Shown here piece by piece: positions 16,636 through 25,704 of a stretch of 48,360 bases of DNA. Source of the stretch: Jiangellales bacterium (GTDB lineage Bacteria; Actinomycetota; Actinomycetes; Jiangellales; Jiangellaceae); contig DATHTV010000119.1 of the NCBI GenBank assembly GCA_035462845.1, forward strand, positions 1 through 48,360, given 5' to 3'. A model generated the notes under the pieces. The model was not told the origin of the DNA and made no database searches. It saw only the letters and a list, made by a program, of their open reading frames with translations. Both the position numbers and the translations under genes were made by a program. Positions within the stretch are counted from its first letter, which is position 1. Each line of letters begins with the position of its first letter.

Positions 16636-16731
16636 CGGCTGGGCCTCCCACCGCGGAGGACCGCGGGAGTCGCGGTGGAGCTGTCGGGCCTCGACGACCC
16701 TCGACCACCACCTGAGGTTGACGGTGGCTGC

Positions 16732-16761
16732 AACCTACGGTCCGGTCACCGGGAGGGTCAA
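16732..16761 (-). promoter_or_regulatory. Sigma-A-like promoter for the garA-like operon
   Basis: Minus strand: TTGACC (16761-16756), 18-nt spacer, TAGGTT (16737-16732). This gives a ~95-nt leader containing the hairpin CCACCGCG..CGCGGUGG next to the SD GGGAGG. Confidence 0.5.
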
Positions 16762-16769
16762 CCGGGTCC

Positions 16770-17156
16770 TCAGCCCTCGACCTGCGCGCGGTAGGCGTCG
16801 GCGTCCAGCAGCGCCTCGAGGGCCGCCGGGTCGTCCGGCACGACCTCGAGCATCCACCCCTCGCCGTACGGGTCCGCGTTGACCAGCTCGGGGCTGGACT
16901 CGAGGGCGTCGTTGCGTGCGACGACCCGACCGCTGACGGGCACGTACAGGTCGCTCACGCTCTTGGTCGACTCCAGCTCACCGCAGGACTCCCCGGCGGC
17001 GAGCTCCTGTCCCACGTCGGGCAGCTGGACGAAGACGATGTCCCCGAGCTGCTCCTGGGCGTAGGACGTGATCCCGATCCGGACGCTCCCCTCGGCGTCG
17101 CCCGGGGAGCGCACCCACTCGTGCTCGGCGGTGTACTTCAGCTCGGGGGGGTACAC
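16770..17156 (-). CDS. gcvH: Glycine cleavage system H protein
   Basis: Contains YTAEHEWV, GITSYAQEQLGDIVFVQLP and the lipoyl-lysine motif ELESTKSVSDLY. GTG start with an upstream GAGGAGG. Confidence 0.95.
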   Translation of the reverse strand: MYPPELKYTAEHEWVRSPGDAEGSVRIGITSYAQEQLGDIVFVQLPDVGQELAAGESCGELESTKSVSDLYVPVSGRVVARNDALESSPELVNADPYGEGWMLEVVPDDPAALEALLDADAYRAQVEG

Positions 17157-17218
17157 GCGTGCGGCCTCCTCGGCCTGTCGGGTCGGCCTGGTCGTCAGCC
17201 CGTCGCCAGCAGTGGTCG

Positions 17219-18055
17219 TCAGCCCTGGTCGTCGGGCTCTGGGGCCGGGCGAGCGTACTGAGGCTCCGAGGGGACGTGCAAGACGTCGACGGTCACCGAG
17301 TCCTCCTGCCGGATGGTGGCCCGTCCGTCGGACCCGGCGACCTCCTCGACCACCCCTCCCGGGATGTTCAGGGCGGTGTCGAGCGTGGGCGGGTCACCGA
17401 TCGCGGTGACGGTGTACGGCGGCTCGAGTCGCACCCCCGACACCTCGACCCCCCGCGCGGTGTCGAGGAAGTAGGTGCTGGCGACGACGCGGACGGCCTC
17501 GTCGTTGCTGCCCTCGACCTGGATGGCCTCGGCGCCCGCGTCCCGAAGCTCCTGGACCGTGGACAGCAGCACGGAGGCCGGCACCGCACGCGACGGGTCG
17601 GAGACGGAGAGCACGATGCCCGGACCGGTCGCCGCGGCGGTCCCGGTGAGCACGGCCAGCTGCCGGGCCCGGGCGTTGGCCTGCTCGATCGCCGTGGCCT
17701 GCGTGTCGGCCCCGGACAGCAGGTCACGGCGGGTCTGCTCGAGCTCCCTCACCTGCCCCTCCAGCCGCTCGGACCGCTGGGTGAGGCCGTCGAGGATCTG
17801 CACGAGATCGGCCCGCCGGGCCCGTGAGAGCAGGTCCTCCTCGCTCGCCCGGACCTGCACCACCGCGGCGAAGCCCATGACGCCGACGAGGACCGCGACC
17901 ACGGCCTGGCCCCGGGAGGGCTTGGCCCGCATCGCGTCGCGGAGCCTGCCCAACCCCGAGGGACGCTCGGGGACGAAGGCGTGCGGAGCGTCCCGGTCGG
18001 GGGCGGACGCCCGAGGCGGCGGGGCGGTGGGAGGGGGCCCGGTGTCGTCGACCAC
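17219..18055 (-). CDS. DUF881-domain membrane protein (Rv1825-like)
   Basis: Has one TM (AVVAVLVGVMGFAAVVQV), a coiled segment, then GPGIVLSVSD..VQELRDAGAEAIQVEG and YTVTAIGDP. Confidence 0.75.
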   Translation of the reverse strand: MVDDTGPPPTAPPPRASAPDRDAPHAFVPERPSGLGRLRDAMRAKPSRGQAVVAVLVGVMGFAAVVQVRASEEDLLSRARRADLVQILDGLTQRSERLEGQVRELEQTRRDLLSGADTQATAIEQANARARQLAVLTGTAAATGPGIVLSVSDPSRAVPASVLLSTVQELRDAGAEAIQVEGSNDEAVRVVASTYFLDTARGVEVSGVRLEPPYTVTAIGDPPTLDTALNIPGGVVEEVAGSDGRATIRQEDSVTVDVLHVPSEPQYARPAPEPDDQG

Positions 18056-18062
18056 TCGAGCC

Positions 18063-18395
18063 TCAGGCGTGGAAGACGTGCCGGCGGATGGCGGCGACGT
18101 TGGTGAAGAGCCGGATCCCCAGCACCACGATCACGGCGGTCGAGAGCTGAGCCCCGACGCCGAGCTGGTCACCGAGGAAGACGATGAACGCGGCGATGAG
18201 CACGTTGGCCACGAAGGACACGACGAACACCTTGTCGTCGAAGATCCCGTCCAGCAGCGCCCGGAGGCCGCCGAACACCGCGTCGAGGGCAGCGACGACC
18301 GCGATCGGCAGGTACGGCTGCAGCGACAGCGGGATCTCCACGTCGATGAGCACCCCCGCCAGGATCCCCAGCAGCAGCCCCAGGGCGGGGATCAC
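18063..18395 (-). CDS. Small basic membrane protein (DUF1290/Sbp-like, Rv1824-like)
   Basis: ORF 18063..18698 is trimmed to GTG 18395, which overlaps the upstream stop (GTGA). 110 aa: VIPALGLLLGILAGVLIDVEIPLSLQPYLPIAVVAALDAVFGG..IRLFTNVAAIRRHVF. Confidence 0.75.
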   Translation of the reverse strand: MIPALGLLLGILAGVLIDVEIPLSLQPYLPIAVVAALDAVFGGLRALLDGIFDDKVFVVSFVANVLIAAFIVFLGDQLGVGAQLSTAVIVVLGIRLFTNVAAIRRHVFHA

Positions 18396-19258
18396 GGCGC
18401 CCCCTCCGGGATGGCGTGTCGCAACGTCGCTCCCCCGCTGGCCGGCACGGTCAGCTCCTCCTCGGTCCGGATGTCGAAGGTGATCCCGTGCGCACCGGAG
18501 ATCGCCTGGAGCCACCCGCCGCCCGGGCCGTCGACGAAGCGCGACGGCAGCGTACGTGGGTCGCCCACCGCGACGACCTCGTAGGGAGGTCGCAGCGGCC
18601 GGTAGTTCACGAGCACGACGTCGTTGGCCGACCGGATGGCGGTCAGGCCGGTGACGCGCTGGCCGTTGATGCTGATCGCCTCGGCACCGGCGGCCCACAG
18701 CCCGTTGACCACCCGCTGCAGGTCGACGTCGAGCACCCGGCCGAAGTCGACCGCGCCGGCGCCGTTGGCGGAGTCGTCCGCGGGCGCGTCCACGATGTCG
18801 ACCACGACCCCGGGTCCGGTCACCGGTCCGGTGCCCGCCGCCGCCTGGAGCGACCTCAGCCGGTCCTGCAGCGCCGCCCCTTCCGCGGTGCTGGCCAGCT
18901 GCGCGTCCTCGATCGCGGCAAGCTCGTCCTGGAGCCCCGCGACCTGGGCCTCCAGCGCGTCCGTCCGCTGGTCCCGATCGACGATGCGGGTGACCAGCGA
19001 CTCCCGCTCCGCGGAGGTCACGCCTGCGGTGCGCTGGGCCTGCATGGCCGCTGTCGTGAGCACCAGGCCGACGCCGAGCAGCCCTGCGAGCAGCACCCAG
19101 GAGGTCCCGCGGCGGGCCGGCGGGCTCGCCGCCTGGCGGCGGGCCGTCGCCACGGCGTAGTCCTCGTCGAGCGGGTGGTCGAACAGGTCGGTGAGCAACG
19201 ACATCGACGCGTCCGGCCGCGGATGCGCCCGGACGCGCTCGTCGGACCGCGTCACCAC
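18392..19258 (-). CDS. DUF881-domain membrane protein (Rv1823-like)
   Basis: Has a TM (WVLLAGLLGVGLVLTTAAM), a coiled segment, then GPGVVVDIVD, NGLWAAGAEAISINGQRV and YEVVAVGDP. The start is GTG 19258 or ATG 19204. Confidence 0.75.
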   Translation of the reverse strand: MVTRSDERVRAHPRPDASMSLLTDLFDHPLDEDYAVATARRQAASPPARRGTSWVLLAGLLGVGLVLTTAAMQAQRTAGVTSAERESLVTRIVDRDQRTDALEAQVAGLQDELAAIEDAQLASTAEGAALQDRLRSLQAAAGTGPVTGPGVVVDIVDAPADDSANGAGAVDFGRVLDVDLQRVVNGLWAAGAEAISINGQRVTGLTAIRSANDVVLVNYRPLRPPYEVVAVGDPRTLPSRFVDGPGGGWLQAISGAHGITFDIRTEEELTVPASGGATLRHAIPEGAP

Positions 19259-19279
19259 TGCCTCATCGTCGCACGCCGC

Positions 19280-21772
19280 TCACGCGTGGGACTCCGCGAC
19301 GACCTGCACCCAGCGATCGAGGAGCCCTCGCACCGAGCGGTCGTCCGGCGCCTCGGCCCACAGCCGGGTGACCGCACCGCTGGGGTCGGGGAGGACGAGG
19401 CACCAGCTGCCGTCCGCCTCGACGACGCGCAGCCCGTCCGTGGTGTCCACGTCCCGATCCCCGGCAGCCTCGGCAACCCTGCGCATGACCGCTCCCTTGG
19501 CCGCCCAGGGAGTGGGGACGTCGGCCCGCAGCACGTACGTCTGCGGGATCCGCGCGTCGATCTCGCTGAGCGTGAGCCGGGTGCGGGCGACCAGGCCGGC
19601 GAGCCGTACCAAGGCGGCCAGGCCGTCGACCGACGGGCCCGCCTCGGGCACGACGAACCCGCCCCGGCCGTCGCCGGCGAGCAGCCAGTGCTCGTCGAGA
19701 CCCGCCTCGGCCCGGTGCGTCCCGGTCGGCGTCCAGCGCACGTCGACGCCGTGGAACCGGGTGACCTGCTCGGCCACCCGGGTGGTCGTGACCGGGACCG
19801 CGACGGTTCCTCCCCGCGCCTCGGCCGCGACGAGGTCGATCAGCACGAGCAACGCCCGTTCGTCGGCGACCGGCCGGCCCTGGTCGTCGACGAGCGCGAT
19901 GCGCTCGCCGACCCGGTCGAACCGCACCCCGAAGGCCGCGCGGGAGGACGCCACGATGTCCCCGAGCCTGGCCAGGTCGGATTCCCTCTCCTGGTCCGAC
20001 TCCGCCGGTCTGGCCTCGTCCAGCCCGGTGTTGAGGGTGAAGGCGTCCACCCCCATCCGGCCGAGCAGCCGGGGCAGGACGAGTGCGGCCGAGCCGTGCC
20101 CGGCATCGACCACGATCCGCAGCCCCCGCGCCACCGGCCCGTCCGCGCCCAGCGCCAGCAGCAGGTCCTCGACGTAGTCGTCGACGACGCGCGGCGGGAA
20201 GGACAGCTCGCCGATCTCGCCGGGAAACGCCCGGCGCAGCTCCTGCCGCCCGTAGAGCCGGTCCACGTGCCGCTGCGCGTCGCCGGGCAGGTCACCGCCG
20301 TCCGGGCCGAGCAGCACGATGTCGACGCTCTCCGGCGCGCCCGGGGTCGTCCGGACCACGAAGCCGCCGTCGGCGCCGCGCGCCGTCGTGTGCCGGGCCA
20401 CGGGCAGCGGGATGTGCTCCAGGTCGCGGACGTCGATGGCCCCGGCGTTGAGGGCGGAGATGGCGGCGCGCTTGAGCGCCCGCGCGGCCCGGGAGCCGTC
20501 CCGCGCCGTGACGACGGTGGCGCCCTTGCGCAGCGTCGTCGCGAACGCCCCGGCGAGCCGCACCACGAGCTCGGGCGTGATCTCGACGTTGACGATGCCC
20601 GAGACGCCGCGCGGCCCGAACAGCGACCGCTGCCCGCGCGACTCCCACATGACGGACGAGCGAACGACGGCGCCCGCCTCGATGGTCTTCGCCGGGTAGA
20701 CCGTGACGTCGTGGCCGACGATCGCCTCCTCCCCCACGACGCAGTCGTCGCCCAGGACCGCACCCTCCTCGAGCCGCGCCGCGCGCATGACGTCACTGCC
20801 GCGGCCGACAACGCACCCCCGGAGGTTGGTGGATGGCCCCACGTACACGTTGTCGTGCACGACCGCGCGGTGCAGGAAGGCGTGCTCGCGGACCACCACG
20901 TTGTCCCCGAGGACCGTGTGCTCCCGCAGCGTCGCGCCCGCCTCGACCTTCGAGTACCTCCCCACGTAGAGCGGCCCGACGAGCAGGGCCGCCGGGTCGA
21001 CGTCGGCCCCCTCGCCGATCCACACCCCGGGGGCGACCTCGAAGCCGTCGATCTCAGTCCGGACCTTGCGGTCGAGCACGTCCGCCTGTGCCTGCAGGTA
21101 GCGCGCGACGGTCCCCACGTCCTGCCAGTAGCCGTCGGCGACGTAGCCGTGCACCGGGACCCCGGCGGCGAGCAGCCGCGGGAACACGTCGGCGGACCAG
21201 TCGACCGACCGACCCTCGGGTACCCACTGGAGCACCTCGGGCTCCATGACGTAGATGCCGGTGTTCACGGTGTCGGAGATCACCTGGCCCCACCCCGGCT
21301 TCTCCACGAAGCGCTCGATCCGCCCGTCTCCCGCGAGGACGACGACGCCGAACTCCACCGGGTCCTCGACCCGGGCCAGGCAGACGGTGACCACGGCCGT
21401 GCTCGTCCGGTGGTGCGCGACCAGGGCGGCGATGTCGACGTCGGTCAGAGCGTCGCCGCTGATCACGACGAAGGTGTCGTCGGCGAGGGCGGAGCGGGCG
21501 TTGCGGACGCTTCCCGCCGTGCCGAGGGGTGCCTGCTCCGTGGCGTACGTGAGGCGCATGCCGAGCTCCTCGCCGTCGCCGAAGTAGGACCGGACGAGCG
21601 CGGCGAGGAACTGCACGGTGACCACGGCCTCGGAGAACCCGTGCCGTCGGAGCAGGAGGAGCGTGTGCTCCATGATCGGGCGGTTGACGACCGGCAGCAG
21701 GGGCTTGGGCAGGCTGGCCGTCATCGGGCGCAGCCGCGTCCCCACGCCTCCCGCCATCACCACCGCCCGCAC
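19280..21772 (-). CDS. 830-aa fusion: NDP-sugar pyrophosphorylase (mannose-1-P guanylyltransferase-like), left-handed beta-helix and a phosphohexomutase-like C-terminal half
   Basis: Start set at GTG 21772 (VRAVVMAGGVGTRLRPMTASLPKPLLP), 8 nt after the pgsA stop. The rest of ORF 19280..22420 is out-of-frame read-through of pgsA. The C-terminal half has a PMM-like fold signature (LFGPRGVSG, VVDAGHGSA, PDPSGAVTRLWAE). Confidence 0.85.
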   Translation of the reverse strand: MRAVVMAGGVGTRLRPMTASLPKPLLPVVNRPIMEHTLLLLRRHGFSEAVVTVQFLAALVRSYFGDGEELGMRLTYATEQAPLGTAGSVRNARSALADDTFVVISGDALTDVDIAALVAHHRTSTAVVTVCLARVEDPVEFGVVVLAGDGRIERFVEKPGWGQVISDTVNTGIYVMEPEVLQWVPEGRSVDWSADVFPRLLAAGVPVHGYVADGYWQDVGTVARYLQAQADVLDRKVRTEIDGFEVAPGVWIGEGADVDPAALLVGPLYVGRYSKVEAGATLREHTVLGDNVVVREHAFLHRAVVHDNVYVGPSTNLRGCVVGRGSDVMRAARLEEGAVLGDDCVVGEEAIVGHDVTVYPAKTIEAGAVVRSSVMWESRGQRSLFGPRGVSGIVNVEITPELVVRLAGAFATTLRKGATVVTARDGSRAARALKRAAISALNAGAIDVRDLEHIPLPVARHTTARGADGGFVVRTTPGAPESVDIVLLGPDGGDLPGDAQRHVDRLYGRQELRRAFPGEIGELSFPPRVVDDYVEDLLLALGADGPVARGLRIVVDAGHGSAALVLPRLLGRMGVDAFTLNTGLDEARPAESDQERESDLARLGDIVASSRAAFGVRFDRVGERIALVDDQGRPVADERALLVLIDLVAAEARGGTVAVPVTTTRVAEQVTRFHGVDVRWTPTGTHRAEAGLDEHWLLAGDGRGGFVVPEAGPSVDGLAALVRLAGLVARTRLTLSEIDARIPQTYVLRADVPTPWAAKGAVMRRVAEAAGDRDVDTTDGLRVVEADGSWCLVLPDPSGAVTRLWAEAPDDRSVRGLLDRWVQVVAESHA

Positions 21773-21780
21773 GACGGCGA

Positions 21781-22374
21781 CTACCCGGGCGTGGTCGTAC
21801 GGATCAGGCGGCGGACCTGCTCGGCGTACAGGAGCCCCGCCCACCAGTAGAGCGCGGTGCCCCAGATCGCGAACGCCCACCCGAAGACCCGTGCCAGGAG
21901 GGCGAGCGTCCCGTCGCCGTCGCCGAGCAGCAGCAGCGGGAAGGCGTACAGCAAGTTGAACGTGGCGGCCTTGCCGAGGAAGTGCACGGGCAGCGCCCGG
22001 TCGCCGTGACGGCGGAGGAACGGCAGCAGGCAGGCCATGAACACGTCCCGGCTGAGCAGGAGGACGGCGAACCAGATTGGGATGATGTCCCGGATCGTGA
22101 GCGCGACGACGGTCGCGAGGATGTACAGGCGGTCCGCCAGCGGGTCCAGCAGCTGACCCAGCTTCGTCGCCTGGTTCCAGCGACGGGCGAGCTGGCCGTC
22201 GAGCCAGTCGGTGAAGCCGGACACCATCAGCACGACGATCGCCCAGCCGTCGGCCTCCGGGCCCAGCACCAGCCACAGGAACAGCGGGACGCCGAGCAGC
22301 CGCAACGCGCTCAGCGCGTTGGGGACCGTGAGGACCCGGTCGGAGACGGCCGGTGCACCGACGGCCTCGGGCAC
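21781..22374 (-). CDS. pgsA: CDP-alcohol phosphatidyltransferase (PgsA / actinobacterial cardiolipin-synthase type)
   Basis: Contains the motif DWLDGQLARRWNQATKLGQLLDPLADRL (DG..AR..8..G..3..D..3..D) and is multi-TM. GTG 22374 is preceded by GGGAGGGG. Confidence 0.85.
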   Translation of the reverse strand: MPEAVGAPAVSDRVLTVPNALSALRLLGVPLFLWLVLGPEADGWAIVVLMVSGFTDWLDGQLARRWNQATKLGQLLDPLADRLYILATVVALTIRDIIPIWFAVLLLSRDVFMACLLPFLRRHGDRALPVHFLGKAATFNLLYAFPLLLLGDGDGTLALLARVFGWAFAIWGTALYWWAGLLYAEQVRRLIRTTTPG

Positions 22375-22435
22375 GGCCCCTCCCGGTCTGCGGCGTGGTG
22401 TCGTCCGGACGCGACGACACTAGCCGAAAGGCCCC

Positions 22436-22471
22436 GGCTCACAGGCCTGGCTCACAGGGGCAGGCTCACGG
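22436..22471. repeat. Three direct copies of GGCTCAC(A)GG at 13-14-bp spacing in the pgsA/DUF4242 intergenic region
   Basis: ggctcacagg at 22436-22445, ggctcacagg at 22449-22458, ggctcacgg at 22463-22471. The copies are flanked by hairpins at 22398-22420 and about 22471-22500. Confidence 0.7.
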
Positions 22472-22654
22472 CCCCGGCCGACACCTCAGGGGCCGGGGGG
22501 ACCGCGGCAGACGGCGCCCAGGCCGAGCCGGGACGTAGGGAGCGTCCACCCGCCAAGATGGGGAGTTCTCCCGACGAACTCCGGGCGCCCGATCCATACC
22601 GTCGCTGTCATGGCAGGTCGCCACCCCGGCGGCCACGACAGCGAAAGGGCCACG

Positions 22655-22930
22655 ATGCCTACCTACCTGATCGAGCGCAACGTCCCCGGCGCGCGCAACC
22701 TCACCAGCGAGGAGCTCAAGGGGATCGCCCAGACGTCCAACGCCGTGGTGGACGGGCTCGGGGTCCCGTACACCTGGCACCAGAGCTTCGTCGCGGGGGA
22801 CAAGATCTACTGTGTCCACGAGGCGGAGTCGGCGGACGTCGTCTACGAGCACGCCCGCCGCGGCGGGTTCCCCGCCGACCTCGTCGTCGAGGTGCCGGCC
22901 GTGATCGGCCCGCAGACCGCGGAGGGATGA
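22655..22930 (+). CDS. DUF4242 family protein (SCO4226-like small ferredoxin-fold, putative nickel-binding)
   Basis: ATG 22655 follows gaaaggg. Product: MPTYLIERNVPGARNLTSEELKGIAQTSNAVVDGLGVPYTWHQSFVAGDKIYCVHEAESADVVYEHARRGGFPADLV. Confidence 0.7.
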   Translation: MPTYLIERNVPGARNLTSEELKGIAQTSNAVVDGLGVPYTWHQSFVAGDKIYCVHEAESADVVYEHARRGGFPADLVVEVPAVIGPQTAEG

Positions 22931-22963
22931 CTCGTCCCCGCCGGTCACCGGGGGGCCTGCGCC

Positions 22964-25612
22964 TCATACCGAGGGGTGCGGGCCCTCCGGCACGTCCGGG
23001 GTCACCGCGTCCCGGGCACCTCGGGGCTGAGCTGTGATGCCGAGCCGCCGGCTCGCGTGGGCAGCCTCGGTGCGCGAGCGCACCCCGAGCTTCTGCAGGA
23101 TCGCCGACACGTGGTGGTCCACGGTCTTCGGCGAGATGACCAGGCGCTCCGCCACGTCGGCGTTGCTCGCGCCCTCGCCGATCAGCGCCAGCACCTCGAG
23201 CTGACGTCCGGTGAGGCCGCTCGGGTTGGCTCGGGTGCTCCGCCGCCGCCGCGGGGGGACGCCGGTGAGCCCGCGCCGGCGCAGCGACCGCCGGGCGCTG
23301 GCCGCGACGGCGTCGGCGCCGAGGTCGTCGAGGATCTGGACGGCCCGGAACGCCGACCGCGGCTCCGCGGACTCGAGCAGGGCCAGCGCCTCGTCGTACC
23401 GCGCACCCAACCGGTGCCACTCCGCGGCCGCCTCGGCAGCCGCCCCGCCGAGCAGCAGCCGGTACGGCAGCGCGACCCCACCGTCCTCCGGGACGGGGAG
23501 CTCGACCCGCGTCATCCAGACGAGCAGGTCGCCCACGGCCCACTCGAGCCCCTCGGACCGTGGGGCGAGCTCCTCGGCCACGTCGGTGATCAGAGCCGTG
23601 CGTGGCTCGACCACGCCGGTCACCCAGCTTCGCTCCAGCAGTGCCGAGCAGGCAGGCAGCAGCCGCAGCGGATCGCCGATCCGCCGTGCCTGCTCGAACG
23701 CGTCGTCGAGCAGGTGCTGGCGGTCGACGTCACCGGTGCGGACCCCGACGAGGCCCTTGGTGATCATCGGCCAGGTCCTGCTCAGCGGTGCACTCGCACT
23801 CCCCAGGACCCTGTCCGCGTCCTCCACGCTGGCCGACCAGTCCCCGCGCAGCAGGTTCAGCCGGCTGCGCGCGCCGGTCTGCCAGTTGATGCAGATCCGC
23901 TGCTCGTGGTCCCGGGCGAAGCGCAGGCTGGTGGCCATGAGCTCCTCCGCCTCGGCGAACCTGCGCTGCTCGACGTCGAGGTAGGTGACGTTGCTGTACG
24001 CCTGCGACGTCGGCTCCTCCAGGCCGTGCCGCAGGCCGGTCGCGGCGTGTCGGAGGATGGTCTCCCGCGCCGTGACGTCACCTCCGGCCAGGGCCAGTGC
24101 CCCGCCGATCACCCCCAGACGCACCCGGACCTCCGCGTCGGGCGCGTCTCCGGCAGTGGCCGTGGCCAGGTCCACGAGTCGACCGGCCCTGGCCAGGTCG
24201 CCCAGCTGGTAGGCCAGGTAGGCATCCGTCGCGTACGCGAGGGCGAGTCCCGCCTCGCCCGTGTCGCGCAGCATCCGCACTGCGCTGGAGGCGTGCCGCT
24301 CCGCGTTCTCGCGGTCGGCGTTGTACCACTCGTACAGGGACAGCAGGCAGGCGTCGGCCCCCGCGCGCTCCCGGTCACCCTCCGACTCCCGCCGCGCCCT
24401 GGCCTCGGAGCAGGCGGCGACCGCCTCGTCCAGCTGGTCGGTCAGGTAGAGCTCCACGCTCAGCCGCTCGAGGAGCTCCGCCTGCCGGGCCGGTGACTCG
24501 CCCCCCGAGCGCTCCAGCGCGATCCGGAAGAACTCCGCGGCGCTGAGGTGGGAGGAGGACCGGGAGGCCAGCATCCCGGCCTGCGTGGCGTGACGCCTGG
24601 CCCGCTCGTCGTCCCCAGCCGCCACCGCGTGGTGGGTCAGCACCGCTGCGTCGGACTCGCCGGCAGCCTCCATGGCATCGAGGAGCCGTCGGTGCAGCGA
24701 TGCCTGCGCCCCGGGCGGGATGGTCGCCTCGATCGCCAGCCGACCAAGCTCGTGCCGGAACCGCAGTCCCCGTCCGCTCCTGTCGACCAGGCCGCATCCT
24801 GCGAACGCCCGCAGCGTCTGCAGGTCGACCCCGAGCTCGTGCAGCACCCGGTCGGAGATGGTCTCGGGGGCCACCGCGAGCAGCATGAGGATGCTCCGCT
24901 GGTCGGCCGACAGGTGCTCTGTCCGGGCGACCACCGCGTCCCTGACCGTGCTCGGGAGCCGGTCACGTGAGCCGGCGGCGATCTCCGCGACGAAGAAGCA
25001 GTTGCCGCCCGTGAGACGGTGCACGTCCCGGGCGTCGAGATCGCTCTCCGCGAGCATGGCGGCCACCCCGGCACGGGTCAGCGGCTTCAGGTGCACGACG
25101 GTCGCCGAGGGCGATCGCGCCGCATCGCCCAGCAGCGGCACGAGGGGGTGGTCCGCGTCGACCTCGTCGTCGCGGTAGGTGGCGACGACGAGTGATCGGG
25201 TCCGGTCGATGCGGCGCAGCAGGAAGCGCAGCAGCTCGAGGCTCGCCTCGTCGGCCCACTGGACGTCGTCGATGACCAGGACGTACGGCGAGTCGCACAG
25301 CGCGCGGTAGACCTCGGGGAACACCTGGTAGCCGTGCTCGGCCGCCTCCATGGCGGCGGGGACCTCGGGAGGCAGCCGGTCGGCCACGTCGTGGAGCGGT
25401 CCGAGAGGCCGGGGCGTCGTCAGCGGGTCGCAGATGCCCCACAGGAGGTGGCCGTCGGGCACGTGCTCGCGGACGAAGGAAGCCGTCAGCCACGACTTGC
25501 CGATCCCGGACTCCCCGGCCACGAGCAGGAAGGCTCCCGGCCCGCCCGTACGCGCCTGCTGCCACGCCGTCGACAACGCGCCCAGCTCGGCCTCCCGCTC
25601 GAGCAGCGCCAT
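22964..25612 (-). CDS. Large ATP-binding LuxR-family regulator (LAL type: AAA/P-loop N-terminus, TPR-like middle, LuxR HTH C-terminus), ~882 aa
   Basis: Start at ATG 25612 ([13 protein letters not shown]). Has the Walker [12 protein letters not shown] and [14 protein letters not shown]. The C-terminus reads [45 protein letters not shown]. Confidence 0.85.
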   Translation of the reverse strand: MALLEREAELGALSTAWQQARTGGPGAFLLVAGESGIGKSWLTASFVREHVPDGHLLWGICDPLTTPRPLGPLHDVADRLPPEVPAAMEAAEHGYQVFPEVYRALCDSPYVLVIDDVQWADEASLELLRFLLRRIDRTRSLVVATYRDDEVDADHPLVPLLGDAARSPSATVVHLKPLTRAGVAAMLAESDLDARDVHRLTGGNCFFVAEIAAGSRDRLPSTVRDAVVARTEHLSADQRSILMLLAVAPETISDRVLHELGVDLQTLRAFAGCGLVDRSGRGLRFRHELGRLAIEATIPPGAQASLHRRLLDAMEAAGESDAAVLTHHAVAAGDDERARRHATQAGMLASRSSSHLSAAEFFRIALERSGGESPARQAELLERLSVELYLTDQLDEAVAACSEARARRESEGDRERAGADACLLSLYEWYNADRENAERHASSAVRMLRDTGEAGLALAYATDAYLAYQLGDLARAGRLVDLATATAGDAPDAEVRVRLGVIGGALALAGGDVTARETILRHAATGLRHGLEEPTSQAYSNVTYLDVEQRRFAEAEELMATSLRFARDHEQRICINWQTGARSRLNLLRGDWSASVEDADRVLGSASAPLSRTWPMITKGLVGVRTGDVDRQHLLDDAFEQARRIGDPLRLLPACSALLERSWVTGVVEPRTALITDVAEELAPRSEGLEWAVGDLLVWMTRVELPVPEDGGVALPYRLLLGGAAAEAAAEWHRLGARYDEALALLESAEPRSAFRAVQILDDLGADAVAASARRSLRRRGLTGVPPRRRRSTRANPSGLTGRQLEVLALIGEGASNADVAERLVISPKTVDHHVSAILQKLGVRSRTEAAHASRRLGITAQPRGARDAVTPDVPEGPHPSV

Positions 25613-25618
25613 CCTCGG

Positions 25619-25661
25619 AGCGTACGGCGGCCGACGCCGAGCGTCAGCCGTCGCCGTACGG
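25619..25661. promoter_or_regulatory. Imperfect ~40-bp palindrome in the divergent promoter region; each arm carries an outward-facing TANNNT hexamer
   Basis: CGTACGGCG at 25621-25629 and CGCCGTACG at 25652-25660, with an inner GACG..CGTC pair. On the minus strand TACGCT (25624-25619) is followed by 6 nt and ATG 25612. On the plus strand there is TACGGT at 25656-25661 and a second TACGAT at 25693-25698, 6 nt before GTG 25705. Confidence 0.45.
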
Positions 25662-25704
25662 TCCGGCCGAGGGCAGATGTCGCCGAGCCGCCTACGATCC
25701 GAAC

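Noticed and set aside
19280-22420. 1046-aa ORF suggesting a single giant protein
   Set aside because: The N-terminal ~215 codons are an out-of-frame reading across pgsA, which has its own clean frame at 21781..22374. The real start is GTG 21772.
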